From a virus: 64,000 nt of DNA. The translations under genes were made by a program, and so were the position numbers. Location: positions 12,069-76,068 of IMG/VR virus record IMGVR_UViG_3300038425_000083. The stretch is one strand, 5' to 3'. How positions within the stretch are numbered: the stretch's first letter is position 1; each line of letters starts with the position of its first letter. Shown in pieces: positions 1 to 9,600 of the stretch. The notes under the pieces are model-generated. The model worked only from the letters and a program-made list of their open reading frames with translations, made no database searches and had not been told where the DNA came from.

Positions 1-31
1 TTTAAGATCTACCAACCCTAAAGGAGAAAAA

Positions 32-235
32 ATGGCAATCATACCAGCAGAGATAAAAGAATTTGTATTTACAAATAGTGGAACAACTGTGACTAAGAAA
101 TTTACTTCATCGATTGCCTATACTGTTGTTATACGAAGAGGGGATTTAGTTCTTAACCTAACAGGTCCAGAGTTTGATGCCTTCTTTGAAGTAGTCAGCG
201 ATGCAAATGATCAGCAATACACTGATCCAGTATAG
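32..235 (+). CDS. hypothetical protein
   Basis: 67-aa ORF with AAGGAG RBS upstream. Confidence 0.6.
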   Translation: MAIIPAEIKEFVFTNSGTTVTKKFTSSIAYTVVIRRGDLVLNLTGPEFDAFFEVVSDANDQQYTDPV

Positions 236-250
236 AGGGGTGGTGATTAT

Positions 251-394
251 ATGTTAACAGTTATGATTGTTTTGGCGATTATAGCTATCGTAGCAACTGT
301 TGTTGCAGCATCGGGGCATTGTCCATTGTGGGCTCCCGTATTTATTCTCTGTGTTATTGAATTGCTGCGGGTGCTTCCGTTAGGTAAGCCGTAA
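251..394 (+). CDS. small two-helix membrane protein (not in ORF track)
   Basis: ATG251-TAA394, MLTVMIVLAIIAIVATVVAASGHCPLWAPVFILCVIELLRVLPLGKP; two hydrophobic stretches; GAGGGG upstream. Confidence 0.55.
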   Translation: MLTVMIVLAIIAIVATVVAASGHCPLWAPVFILCVIELLRVLPLGKP

Positions 395-412
395 GATTGA
401 AAAGGAGAAGAG

Positions 413-784
413 ATGAGACAAGCTGAAATAACTACAATAGACGAAGAGTTCAGAAGTAGACATCCTGGCCCAGTAGTAGATGGCTTAGAGAAGTCTAGCG
501 AATCTGCTAAGAAAGCCTGGCAAACAAGACGTAGAGGATTTAAGGGTATACGAAAAGTTATCCCAAGAGTCGGGAGAACAAAAGCGGAACAAGAGTTCTT
601 GAAGAAAGAGAACAAGGGAATCCAAAAGCTTTATGCCGATGTCTATGGTAAAAAGAAAGCAAGCAAGATCCTTCAACACGTCAAGGAGGCTACTCGGCAA
701 GGTTTGATAAAGCCTGGCATGAAGAAGACTCCGAGCAAATGGAAAGAGTATCTAAAGAAACGTGAGATAGAAGCAGGCAACTAA
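413..784 (+). CDS. basic tagged protein (ITTIDEEF leader; LEK|SSESAKKAWQTRR)
   Basis: AGGAG RBS; one copy of the repeated tag (K codon at 491); Lys/Arg-rich remainder. Confidence 0.75.
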   Translation: MRQAEITTIDEEFRSRHPGPVVDGLEKSSESAKKAWQTRRRGFKGIRKVIPRVGRTKAEQEFLKKENKGIQKLYADVYGKKKASKILQHVKEATRQGLIKPGMKKTPSKWKEYLKKREIEAGN

Positions 785-1596
785 TGAGTTGGTGCGACCT
801 TAGTGGATTGAGATTTGGCAAAGTAACAGTCGAAAACATGGCAGGCTCCACTACGAAGAGTTTGTTATGGAGATGTATATGTGATTGTGGCAGCGAAATT
901 GTAGTAGAGACAAATGCCCTCACTAATACTTTAAGTTGTGGACATTGTAAACCTGGCATAAGAAAGAGAGCAAAGACTAAACCTAATTATAGACATCATT
1001 GCAACATAAACTTTGTAGATAATCCCAACGAGGCAACCGACCTAACAGAAGGGAGACGTGCTGAATATAATCCGAAATACCAGTATGAGGGTCGATGGAA
1101 AGCCGACGTTGAACGTTATGAGAGGAGACATGAAATGATTTGTGAAAGATGCGGATGTGAACTGAAGATGGGTCTTGGTGATTTAACAAGAGGACAAGTT
1201 GTTGAACTTCTCGAGCAGGCCGTTCTGGATAAGAAGATAGATGATATCAAATTGTTCCGGTATGAAGGAAGTCGTGGAGCTTGGCCTTTTACCAAAGAGG
1301 AGGAAGCAATCTTAAGAAGTTATCTGCCTGGCTTCGAAGCCTATGAGTCAGGGGTTAGAAGAGTTATAAGAACAGATTCAGATCAACCCCCAGGCAAGAG
1401 AAAGTTTGTTAGAAAAGTTAGAACCAAAGATCGTAAGATGGAAGAACCTCCTGATCTTGAAGAGTTTGGGAAGAGTCTAAGAAACTTTGGAAGAGTTTCT
1501 GGTATAACAGGACGAGAAGGTCTTGACCTTAATGATGTAACGATTGGAAGAGACGAGTATGACCAAACTCCAAGGGACGATCCGGCAAACTTTTAA
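784..1596 (+). CDS. HNH/AP2-associated Cys-rich N-terminal domain fused to a copy of the scaffold C-terminal domain
   Basis: DLSGLRFGKVTV..WRCICDCG..SCG motif; segment 1183-1323 is 26/47 identical to the scaffold C-terminus; possible internal start ATG1135 after AGGAG. Confidence 0.7.
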   Translation: MSWCDLSGLRFGKVTVENMAGSTTKSLLWRCICDCGSEIVVETNALTNTLSCGHCKPGIRKRAKTKPNYRHHCNINFVDNPNEATDLTEGRRAEYNPKYQYEGRWKADVERYERRHEMICERCGCELKMGLGDLTRGQVVELLEQAVLDKKIDDIKLFRYEGSRGAWPFTKEEEAILRSYLPGFEAYESGVRRVIRTDSDQPPGKRKFVRKVRTKDRKMEEPPDLEEFGKSLRNFGRVSGITGREGLDLNDVTIGRDEYDQTPRDDPANF

Positions 1597-1620
1597 AACA
1601 TAAAAGTAAAGGAGCCTGTT

Positions 1621-1899
1621 ATGTGGAAACATAAAATTGAAGATGACGGTAAGATTTTATTCTGGAAAGATGAAGAGAATGATGGAGGACAAAGTCCATC
1701 GGAACAAAAGATGCAGACGTTTTGGATTTGGGATACAAGAGATCTTGTCGATCTAAGCAAGGACATCGACCAGGCAAAGCTTGACTATTCTAAAAAGTTT
1801 AAACACAATCATTCAAAAGAAGCTCGGAGAGTTATAAGAACAGAAAATGATTCCTCTCCGATGAGAATGAGAAAGTTTGAAGGACTTGTAGTACAATAG
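1621..1899 (+). CDS. hypothetical protein with RRVIRT motif
   Basis: AGGAG RBS; shares RRVIRTxxDxxP..RKF with ORF 784. Confidence 0.65.
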   Translation: MWKHKIEDDGKILFWKDEENDGGQSPSEQKMQTFWIWDTRDLVDLSKDIDQAKLDYSKKFKHNHSKEARRVIRTENDSSPMRMRKFEGLVVQ

Positions 1900-1907
1900 G
1901 AGCTCAC

Positions 1908-2753
1908 ATGATTGTTAAAGAAAAAGGCGGGTGGAGTGTTAAGTCAGAGAAGGGTAAAAACCTTGGGGGCCCATACAAGTCTCGAGCTCAGGCTAAGAAA
2001 CGTCTTGCAGAGGTTGAGAAGTTCAAACACATGAATAAATCAGTATCAAGCTATAAGACACAATCTCCCTGGCCTTGGGAAAAAAGTATACCAGATCAGT
2101 TTTATTACATCAATGAAGGCGGAGCCGATCTTGCAAAGACATCTGAAGGAGCTCGTAAAGCATGGGAGACACGTAGATCGGGTGGAAGTCGTAGGACAGA
2201 ACCTTTCCGATCAGGCGAGCCCAGGTTCACGAAAGAGGAAGAAGAGAAAGCTAAGCAGCCTACATGGGATAGTGTCCAGAAAGAAAAGGATGAATTGATT
2301 GGAATAGCCAGAGCTCATGGGATTGAAGTTGTAGATAGTTCTTATAACACTTTAGGAATCAAAGACCCGGAGAAGAAAGCAGACATATATGAAGGAAATG
2401 TTTCATTAAAGTTTTATCCCACACCGGTCGAAAGAGCAGGACAACCATTTAGTGCCCCTTGGACTAACGATCAGCATAAAGATATGATGGCTAAGTTTCA
2501 GCATATTAGAGATCAGGCAAAAGAGAAAGGGTGGAAAGTTGAGCCTCGAGCATTGCCCAATGTTCTTATAAGAGGCAAGTCAATAGGAAGTGCCCGAGCA
2601 GGAACAAGTCGATGGATGCCTTCATACTATGTGACATATCTTACTAAGCAGGCACTTATGACTGCAGCTCCACAACTGAAACCAAGACGACAGATGCAAC
2701 TTGACAAAACTCTTTATGTTGTCTTGGACTTGAAGAAGTCAAGAGAGGATTAA
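1908..2753 (+). CDS. tagged multi-module protein
   Basis: N-terminal small module (WSVKSEKGKNLGGPYKSRAQAKKRLAEVEKFK), LAK|TSEGARKAWETRRSGGS at 2136, C-terminal YVVLDLKK|S. Confidence 0.75.
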   Translation: MIVKEKGGWSVKSEKGKNLGGPYKSRAQAKKRLAEVEKFKHMNKSVSSYKTQSPWPWEKSIPDQFYYINEGGADLAKTSEGARKAWETRRSGGSRRTEPFRSGEPRFTKEEEEKAKQPTWDSVQKEKDELIGIARAHGIEVVDSSYNTLGIKDPEKKADIYEGNVSLKFYPTPVERAGQPFSAPWTNDQHKDMMAKFQHIRDQAKEKGWKVEPRALPNVLIRGKSIGSARAGTSRWMPSYYVTYLTKQALMTAAPQLKPRRQMQLDKTLYVVLDLKKSRED

Positions 2754-2936
2754 ATGACAGTCAAAGACTTATTTGAAAAGTGGTGGTCTGTTTGGCATTT
2801 GAGAGAAGGAATGGGCCCCGTGCCTGAAGAGCTAACAGTTAGGCACAAACTTGGCCCCGATGATCCAGGTGGTACATGGATGCTTAAAAATTTATTATAC
2901 ATAGCCTTTGTTGAAGGATACAAAGAACGGAAATAA
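2754..2936 (+). CDS. hypothetical protein
   Basis: 60-aa ORF tightly packed between neighbours, GAGGA RBS. Confidence 0.5.
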   Translation: MTVKDLFEKWWSVWHLREGMGPVPEELTVRHKLGPDDPGGTWMLKNLLYIAFVEGYKERK

Positions 2937-2937
2937 T

Positions 2938-3342
2938 ATGGCACTTACAAAACGATCAGCTATCGATCTTTTAGAAAAGGCTGTCATGGATGGTAAGTTG
3001 CCTGACAGTTTACTTTATCAAGTTGAAGGTGGGGAAAGGGTTAAGCTTGATGAAAAGCAAGCTGGTATTCTCTTGTCTTATACAGAAGACTTCAAACCAA
3101 CCTTCAGACCAAGCCGTCCTCCTTTACCGGCAAGGACTATTGAAAAGATTTCAGAAGACCTTAAAGACATCTACAAGATGAGAAGAGATGCCCAGTTTCA
3201 TCGTCCAGCATATCAAGTCTTTGATAATAGAGTAAGATACACAAGAGAGGAATGGCAGAAGTTAGAGAAAGCCGAACAAGCAAAAGAAGATGCTAAGTAC
3301 TCGTTCCCTAAAGCGAGAAGAGTTATAAGGTGTGAGGGATAA
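2938..3342 (+). CDS. protein with scaffold-like domain and RRVIR motif
   Basis: MALTKRSAIDLLEKAVMDGKLPDSLLYQVEG..ILLSY matches the scaffold C-terminus; start moved to ATG2938. Confidence 0.7.
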   Translation: MALTKRSAIDLLEKAVMDGKLPDSLLYQVEGGERVKLDEKQAGILLSYTEDFKPTFRPSRPPLPARTIEKISEDLKDIYKMRRDAQFHRPAYQVFDNRVRYTREEWQKLEKAEQAKEDAKYSFPKARRVIRCEG

Positions 3343-3344
3343 TT

Positions 3345-6300
3345 ATGGAATACGTCATTATAGAGAAATCAGCTGAAGGTTCTAAACGAGCATGGCAAAC
3401 ACGTAAACATGGCGGTTCTCATAAAGAAGCAGAGAAGCCTAAACCTAAAGGCCCGGAGATAGACGCTCTTTTAACTAAGGAAGATAAGCTAAAAGAACAA
3501 GCTCTAAGAAAAGAAGTCGAAGTTTTTTCTGACGGCGACCTTTCTGCTTATGTCCAAGTCCTGCGGAAAAAGTTACAAACGAAATCCTGGAACGAATTAA
3601 ATGATTATGAGAAAAGATTTTATCCTCTTGTTCTTGATGAGCAAAGCAGGAGAAGACGTAAAGCTCTTGGGGCTATATTTGCTATAGAGATACCAGAGGT
3701 GCGTCTTGAAGATGTCAAGGAAAGAAAATCTCAACCAAGGAAGGTTTTAATGAATTCACTTCATGTAATCATAGAAAAATCAAGTGAAGGTGCTAAGAGA
3801 GCATGGGAAACAAGAAGACATGGTGGAAAGCATCTTGGCCCCGAGAAGCCAAAGTCAGCAAAGAAAGAGTTATCAGAAAGAGTTAGAGAACTTTCAGATG
3901 AACAACTTCAAGCTACTCATGAAAGGCTTGACAAGATACCATATTCCCAGATGAAGCCTGATGAAAGGAGACTATCTCATCTTGTAGCTTATGAACTGAT
4001 AGAAAGAAAGAGATTAAGACCCATTTCTCAAGACCCAATGGGAAGTCTTGCCAGGCAGGCTGCTAAAAAGGAAAGCGATGAACAGAGACTAAGAAGGAAG
4101 GGGCCTATTGAAACCCCTGGATTACCTGAAAGAGAACCTGAAGTTGTTGAAGAATTTAAAGTTGGAGACAAAGTCAAACATCCTACTTATGGAGAAGGAG
4201 TTGTTAGTGAAGTTCGCAAGATGAAAACCGGGACACCAGTTTATTATGTTAAGTATCCAGGGCGTGATTTGGCCTTCGCTCATGGAGACGAAGAGCTTGA
4301 AAAGGTTGAAGACGTAGCTAAGCCCAAAGAAGAAGTAAGCATGGGTACCAAAGTTCAGAAGTTAAAAGATAAGATCGAACAACAGCAAGCCGAACGGTAT
4401 GCGAAAGACTATCCTCATGTTGAACCTCCTAAAGTTACAGTCAAAGAGGGAGGGAAATACATTCGAGTTGACGTTGGAACTTCTGGCAAATACATGGTTG
4501 AGAAGGACACCGGGAACATCTATGGTATCAAAGGCTACGGAGTTATTCATAGAGGTCATTTCTATGGGACTTTGGATACGATAGATGATTTTAACTGGGG
4601 CGACTATGCAGCGTTTAGGACATTGTCTTTGAAAGATAGAGAATTCAAGGCTGAAAAGCCAGCTGAGCCGTCAGGTGTTGTTAGCATGGATACAGTCAAA
4701 GAAGATGTTAAGAAAATGCAAGAGAAGATCAATGCTCCTTGGGTTCATGTCCAGTCTTCAGATTTAGGTGGAGCAAAGAACGTTTCTATAATCATAAAAG
4801 CCTCGATGCAAAAGAAAGAAGAGTGGCATAATAACATACTACAGAACTCTCCCTATACAATGTTTCATTTGCTAACAGGTGGGGTGTTAGAGCAATTTCA
4901 AAGAAGCCCTGATTTGGATAAACTCGGAGCATTTAGAAAGACAAAAGTTAAGAGTGTGGTTGAAGCTATTCAAAAGATCAATAGCTATTTGAATCCACCA
5001 TTACCGCCAAGGAGAAAAATGCAGATCAAGAAGGGACAGATGTTTGTTATCATAGAGAAAGCCAGAAAGATTGGTTCTAAAGATAGTAAGAAGAGAAAGC
5101 GTAGAGGACAGAAAGAAAAAGAATTATATGAATTTTCTCACAAAGCAGCGTATGGACATTTGCCGTCATCTTCAACTCCATTTAAAGATGACTCCATTAG
5201 ATTCAAGAAAGCTGATATCCAGGTTCAACCATTCACAAGGACAGTCAAGGGAAAGTTTCAAAGAGTTCAACAGTTCTTTAGACCTGGCAAGGAAAGCTAT
5301 CCAGGAACAGAGAAGGGAGTTAATGACTTCATAAAGGATCATGTCGGACTTAGCAACTATGGGCATATCGTTGCAGACGAAGCAAAGAAGGAAGTTGATG
5401 TTGACGTTGCTGCGACAAACGCTTTTATGTCTGTTATGGGTCATGTTGTTGATAAAAAGGAGAAGCCGTCCTTAATCGCTAAAATAGGGTCTAAAATCAT
5501 TTCAAGAGGTGAACAGCCTACAATCCTTAGGCAGTTAGTCCAGAAAGATAAAAAAGCCTTCCAGGGGCTTTTAAAAGAACTCTTTAATAGGGTTCATGGG
5601 GATGTTAGAGAATTTAAGATGGAAATGGGCAAGTCCGTTGAAGGAATGCCTGTTGAATCGGTTAGAGCTCTTGCTGTTAGCCAGGCCATGAGAGAACTCA
5701 AAAAATCAAAATCTCCCGAGAAGGAAGAACATTGGAAGTGTAATAAGTGTGGGCATGAATTAGATGCCCCACATGAAGAAATGCTTAAAAGAATGGTGAC
5801 TTGTCCTGAATGTGGAGGAGCAATGGAGGAACTTAAGAAAGCTGGCTCAAGCGATGCTGCTCATAAAGCATGGCTTAAAAGAGAAGCCGAAAGAAGAGCT
5901 CTAAGAACAAGAGAGCGTGAAGGAACTAAGTTAGATGAACTCTCAGGACTTCAAGAAGCTGCAAGGAAAACCCGGGAACGAATATTTGCTCCAGGGAGAA
6001 CAGTTGAAACTCGGGGTAAGCGTCAGCTTACAGGAAAGGTAGTCAGGATAGTTGGAGATGCCCAGGCAAAAGTTCAATGGGAAGGTGGGTTGATAACCAT
6101 TGAGCCACTCATAGATTTAAAGCCAAAAGTTGATTTAGATATAAATCATCATGACCACATAGTTAAGAAGGGAACGTCAGAAGGAGCAAAGAAGGCCTGG
6201 TCACAAATGCAACATCAAGTTGCAAAGATTGCAGGTGTTCAAGAGAAGGTTAGAACTAAACAAAAGAATCAAGAAGAGATAGAACGACAAAAGAAACTTA

Positions 6301-6368
6301 AAGAAGGGGCCAAAAGTCTCAAGCGATTGGGTAAGCTTGGAATTTGGGGGAATAAAAATGATAGGTAA
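3345..6368 (+). CDS. 1007-aa tagged polyprotein (at least 6 tag-delimited units; KOW/SH3-like modules, Zn ribbon)
   Basis: K|S/A/G tags at 3366, 3777, 5058, 5208, 5838, 6168; FKVGDKVKHPTYGEGVV SH3/tudor-like segment; CNKCG..CPECG. Confidence 0.8.
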   Translation: MEYVIIEKSAEGSKRAWQTRKHGGSHKEAEKPKPKGPEIDALLTKEDKLKEQALRKEVEVFSDGDLSAYVQVLRKKLQTKSWNELNDYEKRFYPLVLDEQSRRRRKALGAIFAIEIPEVRLEDVKERKSQPRKVLMNSLHVIIEKSSEGAKRAWETRRHGGKHLGPEKPKSAKKELSERVRELSDEQLQATHERLDKIPYSQMKPDERRLSHLVAYELIERKRLRPISQDPMGSLARQAAKKESDEQRLRRKGPIETPGLPEREPEVVEEFKVGDKVKHPTYGEGVVSEVRKMKTGTPVYYVKYPGRDLAFAHGDEELEKVEDVAKPKEEVSMGTKVQKLKDKIEQQQAERYAKDYPHVEPPKVTVKEGGKYIRVDVGTSGKYMVEKDTGNIYGIKGYGVIHRGHFYGTLDTIDDFNWGDYAAFRTLSLKDREFKAEKPAEPSGVVSMDTVKEDVKKMQEKINAPWVHVQSSDLGGAKNVSIIIKASMQKKEEWHNNILQNSPYTMFHLLTGGVLEQFQRSPDLDKLGAFRKTKVKSVVEAIQKINSYLNPPLPPRRKMQIKKGQMFVIIEKARKIGSKDSKKRKRRGQKEKELYEFSHKAAYGHLPSSSTPFKDDSIRFKKADIQVQPFTRTVKGKFQRVQQFFRPGKESYPGTEKGVNDFIKDHVGLSNYGHIVADEAKKEVDVDVAATNAFMSVMGHVVDKKEKPSLIAKIGSKIISRGEQPTILRQLVQKDKKAFQGLLKELFNRVHGDVREFKMEMGKSVEGMPVESVRALAVSQAMRELKKSKSPEKEEHWKCNKCGHELDAPHEEMLKRMVTCPECGGAMEELKKAGSSDAAHKAWLKREAERRALRTREREGTKLDELSGLQEAARKTRERIFAPGRTVETRGKRQLTGKVVRIVGDAQAKVQWEGGLITIEPLIDLKPKVDLDINHHDHIVKKGTSEGAKKAWSQMQHQVAKIAGVQEKVRTKQKNQEEIERQKKLKEGAKSLKRLGKLGIWGNKNDR

Positions 6369-6439
6369 AAGATTTGGTAAGTTGATAGTTTGGATCAAAA
6401 AGGCCTACGAACATTCTTTTAAAGCAGGGAGGTTTGCAA

Positions 6440-6841
6440 ATGAGAAGTAATCTAAAGAAACTTTTTATTGTGTCTCTATTGGTATGTTTGATTCCATCAA
6501 TAGTGTTTGGCATCAATCCAACTTTTGCAGAAGTTAAACGACTAGCCCTAACTGCTAAAGTAGATTCAAGAGGTGATTATTTTCTAAACAAGATAGTCGT
6601 TGATAGGGATGGTGAGAAGATCGTCTTTATTCTTGGCTATCTTTCCGATTTCAAGAATGTTGGAGTACTGGTGAATAAGGGGGATACAACAGTTGTTGTT
6701 TGCTTTGATGAAAGTACAGGGATTTATGATTCTGATCTCACAGTTGGAGGTCAGAGGTTCACTAAGAACATTAGCGAAGAAGAAGCAACGGTCTTTGTAA
6801 AGAAAGTTTTAAAAATTTTCAAGGAAGGAGTGGATGCCTAA
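6440..6841 (+). CDS. exported or membrane-anchored protein
   Basis: basic N-terminus plus hydrophobic signal-like segment; GGGAGG RBS. Confidence 0.6.
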   Translation: MRSNLKKLFIVSLLVCLIPSIVFGINPTFAEVKRLALTAKVDSRGDYFLNKIVVDRDGEKIVFILGYLSDFKNVGVLVNKGDTTVVVCFDESTGIYDSDLTVGGQRFTKNISEEEATVFVKKVLKIFKEGVDA

Positions 6842-7212
6842 TGGAAAACGAATATTATACGACGCTTTGTTGTGCTATGACTCCGAGAAGAGTCATAAGA
6901 ACAAGTGAAGACAAGCCGGGTAAGGTTTGTGAGCCTGTTGAAACGGAACCCAAAGGATGGATTTGCCCAAGATGTGGGAAGTCTAATTCTCCGGAAGTTA
7001 GAGTGTGTGGTTGTTTGATACTACCGGGAACATTAGATCAACCGAATACATTCCCTGGCTTAAATCCGTTTGTTAATCCGTTTGTCGAACCTCTTTCTCC
7101 AAGTTTGCCAAATACAGGAGGATGGCCGGGGTCGGGAGTAACTGTAACAACTGACAATGTAACTTGGCGTTTTGCGAATGAGCTCATTTTAGGAGGTAGT
7201 AATGGATCTTAA
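6841..7212 (+). CDS. Zn-ribbon protein with RRVIRT motif
   Basis: GWICPRCGKSNSPEVRVCGC; PRRVIRTSEDKPG. Confidence 0.65.
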   Translation: MENEYYTTLCCAMTPRRVIRTSEDKPGKVCEPVETEPKGWICPRCGKSNSPEVRVCGCLILPGTLDQPNTFPGLNPFVNPFVEPLSPSLPNTGGWPGSGVTVTTDNVTWRFANELILGGSNGS

Positions 7213-7906
7213 AACCAGGCTTGATCTTTTATGGAAGAGTCCGCCTATTTACTTAAAGACTAAAGACCCAGTAGTGGTTTTTAGCGATCTTCACATGAAT
7301 AATCAGGGGAAGACTGATTATTTCTTTCCTAACTACCCAAAATATTTGAAGGTTGCTCGGGCTTATGCAGATGGGGGATGGACGATTATTGTGACTGGGG
7401 ACATGGAAGATATGTGGAAATATCCCAACGTAAAAATCATCCGAGATAGGTACAAAGAACTTTATGATTTACACAATTGGCTTTTATCACAAGGAAGGTT
7501 CTTTAGAATAACTGGGAACCATGATATACAACTTGGATACCCCGAGGCGTTGATTCTAGACCATCCAGTTGGAAAGTTTTTCTTTGTTCATGGGTATCAA
7601 GGAGATCTTTTTAACGATATGCTCTGGCCGTTTTGCATGGTGTTTGTAAGGTATATTGCAAAACCGTTAGAAAAATTAGGGATAAAAGATCCCTGGAGTG
7701 TAAGCAAGAATCCAAAGAGACATAAAAAAGTTAGAGATGCTTTGGTCGATTGGGCTAATAATGCTGATTTGTCCATGAGAGGGATGATTGTTGGACACAC
7801 ACATACTCAGGAAATAGTAGGACGCTATTTCAATGTAGGATGCGAAATGCACGATAGACTTGAGTGCATAGAGATTAATCAAACAATCCAACTCAAGACG
7901 TGGTAG
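7202..7906 (+). CDS. calcineurin-like metallophosphoesterase
   Basis: SDLH, GD, GNHD, HG and GHTH motifs in canonical order. Confidence 0.85.
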   Translation: MDLKTRLDLLWKSPPIYLKTKDPVVVFSDLHMNNQGKTDYFFPNYPKYLKVARAYADGGWTIIVTGDMEDMWKYPNVKIIRDRYKELYDLHNWLLSQGRFFRITGNHDIQLGYPEALILDHPVGKFFFVHGYQGDLFNDMLWPFCMVFVRYIAKPLEKLGIKDPWSVSKNPKRHKKVRDALVDWANNADLSMRGMIVGHTHTQEIVGRYFNVGCEMHDRLECIEINQTIQLKTW

Positions 7907-8528
7907 GAGATGAATAGTATGGGTATGGGAATCTTTATTGGAATTTTTGGTTTAGTTGTAGCTCTCATTGTCTGGGGATATATTTGGTAAAGGAGTTGAG
8001 TAGGATGAAACTGAAGTACTGGATATGGCTTGCTGCGATTGTAATTTTAGTTATGGCAGGTTTGGTTTTTAAGAATAAAGAAACAGGTGGAGTGAATGCT
8101 CTTTTCTTTTTTGCTTTGCTGTTTTTAGGTTGGTGCTTCTTGTGGTTTACACGAGCAGGCAGGAGGTAAATTATGTTACGAATCTGGCGTAGTCAGAAAA
8201 GGTATCAGAGGTTTAATCCGTTTACACTCATTATGGTGCTGATAGTTATTGCAGTCACGTATCTCTTATCAAGGTAGGAGGTGAGTTTATGATTCCTTAC
8301 ATAGTGGTAGGACTTTTAGTGATAGGTGTAATTTGGAGAAATTGGTAATGATAGAAGGCTTAACATCATTGGAGAATACTATCTTTTCTTTATGTCTTTC
8401 TGTGTATAACGAAGCGGTCGCTGAAGAACATTTAGGTCCCCCTGTTAGATTGAAGAAAGCTATCGGTGAATTGAAAAGACATATCATATCTCAGACTTAC
8501 AAAACACCGTGGCAAAAGGATAATAGCG

Positions 8529-8735
8529 ATGGAACTCGATCCTAATAAATTTAAAGTTGATGAGAGCAGATCAAACCCGATGGTTGCAGCCATGCAGTAT
8601 TTAGATTGTCCAAGTGGAAGGGAAATTTGCGCTTACGTGATTGTTGGTTTTGGAAGTATTGCAGAGCAATGCGAATACTTTAAGTCTGACCCTAAAACAG
8701 AACAAGCAGAATGTTTGTTTGAAAAGAAAGATTAG
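8529..8735 (+). CDS. hypothetical Cys-containing protein
   Basis: 68-aa ORF, AAGGA RBS. Confidence 0.45.
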   Translation: MELDPNKFKVDESRSNPMVAAMQYLDCPSGREICAYVIVGFGSIAEQCEYFKSDPKTEQAECLFEKKD

Positions 8736-8901
8736 CCAATGAATCCTCTTATATTTTTGAAAATGCCTGAACGTTGTCCGAACGGAAAGTTTGATACCGA
8801 TGAACAATGTTGGGAATGTGGATTTGTTGAATATGTAGGTGGAGAAAAGAACTATTACAAGTGTCCTTATACTCAAGTTATTTTTGTTAAGGGAGGGTGA
8901 A

Positions 8902-9180
8902 ATGGATAATGAAAATGCTCGTGAAGCATGGCTATTGCAGATAGAAAGAACTAAAAATGGTTATATACTTTTAGGGAATGATGGCCTGAGTGTTATTGAA
9001 GAAGATGATCAAGATGAACTTAAAGAACACGAGAAACTACTTTGGGCAGTCATGGAATATTTTGGTTTTCAAGGAAGCAAACATGACAAGCAACGTTTAC
9101 GAGTCATGCGAGAACAACAAGAGATTGGAATAGGAGACCAGACAATTAGGAGGGATAATGAAAGTTCAGGATGTAATTAG
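8902..9180 (+). CDS. hypothetical acidic protein
   Basis: GGAGG RBS before ATG8902. Confidence 0.6.
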   Translation: MDNENAREAWLLQIERTKNGYILLGNDGLSVIEEDDQDELKEHEKLLWAVMEYFGFQGSKHDKQRLRVMREQQEIGIGDQTIRRDNESSGCN

Positions 9181-9598
9181 CATCGGTGATCTTTATAAGG
9201 CCGTAGGTCATAAATATTTTAGCAAGAAACCAATCGGAGGAGGAAAATACAGATACAAGTATGTTTACCCTGAAGTTGTTTCAGGCAAGGAAGTCCTGGC
9301 TGCAGGTGAAGGCAAACCATCCCAGGCAGCTTTAACAAAGGTTAGAGAAGAAAAGAAAGTAGAGAAGACTTTGTGGGATCACTTAAACAGAGCAAAGACA
9401 GAAATCAAAGAAAAGTTTGGAAAGTTTGATATAGAACCGAGTCATGGAGGCCATGCTGTCATCCTAAAGTTTAAAGACGGAGCCAAGGCTTTAGCCCATA
9501 TGTCAGGGCGAACTAAAGATGATAAGCTTTTGATTGATACCGAGTGGCGAAGCGAACCTTATGTTCCAAAGCAACCCACATTTTATGTGAAAGAATAA
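9158..9598 (+). CDS. tagged protein (VISIGDLYK|AVGHKY..GGGKYRYKY tag)
   Basis: GGAGG RBS; the same HKY tag occurs inside the MuF polyprotein at 45823. Confidence 0.75.
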   Translation: MKVQDVISIGDLYKAVGHKYFSKKPIGGGKYRYKYVYPEVVSGKEVLAAGEGKPSQAALTKVREEKKVEKTLWDHLNRAKTEIKEKFGKFDIEPSHGGHAVILKFKDGAKALAHMSGRTKDDKLLIDTEWRSEPYVPKQPTFYVKE

Positions 9599-9600
9599 AT

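Noticed and set aside
6358-6450. 30-aa ORF MIGKRFGKLIVW resembling the start of an HNH/AP2-associated domain
   Set aside because: Too short; possibly a remnant but cannot be supported as a gene or pseudogene.
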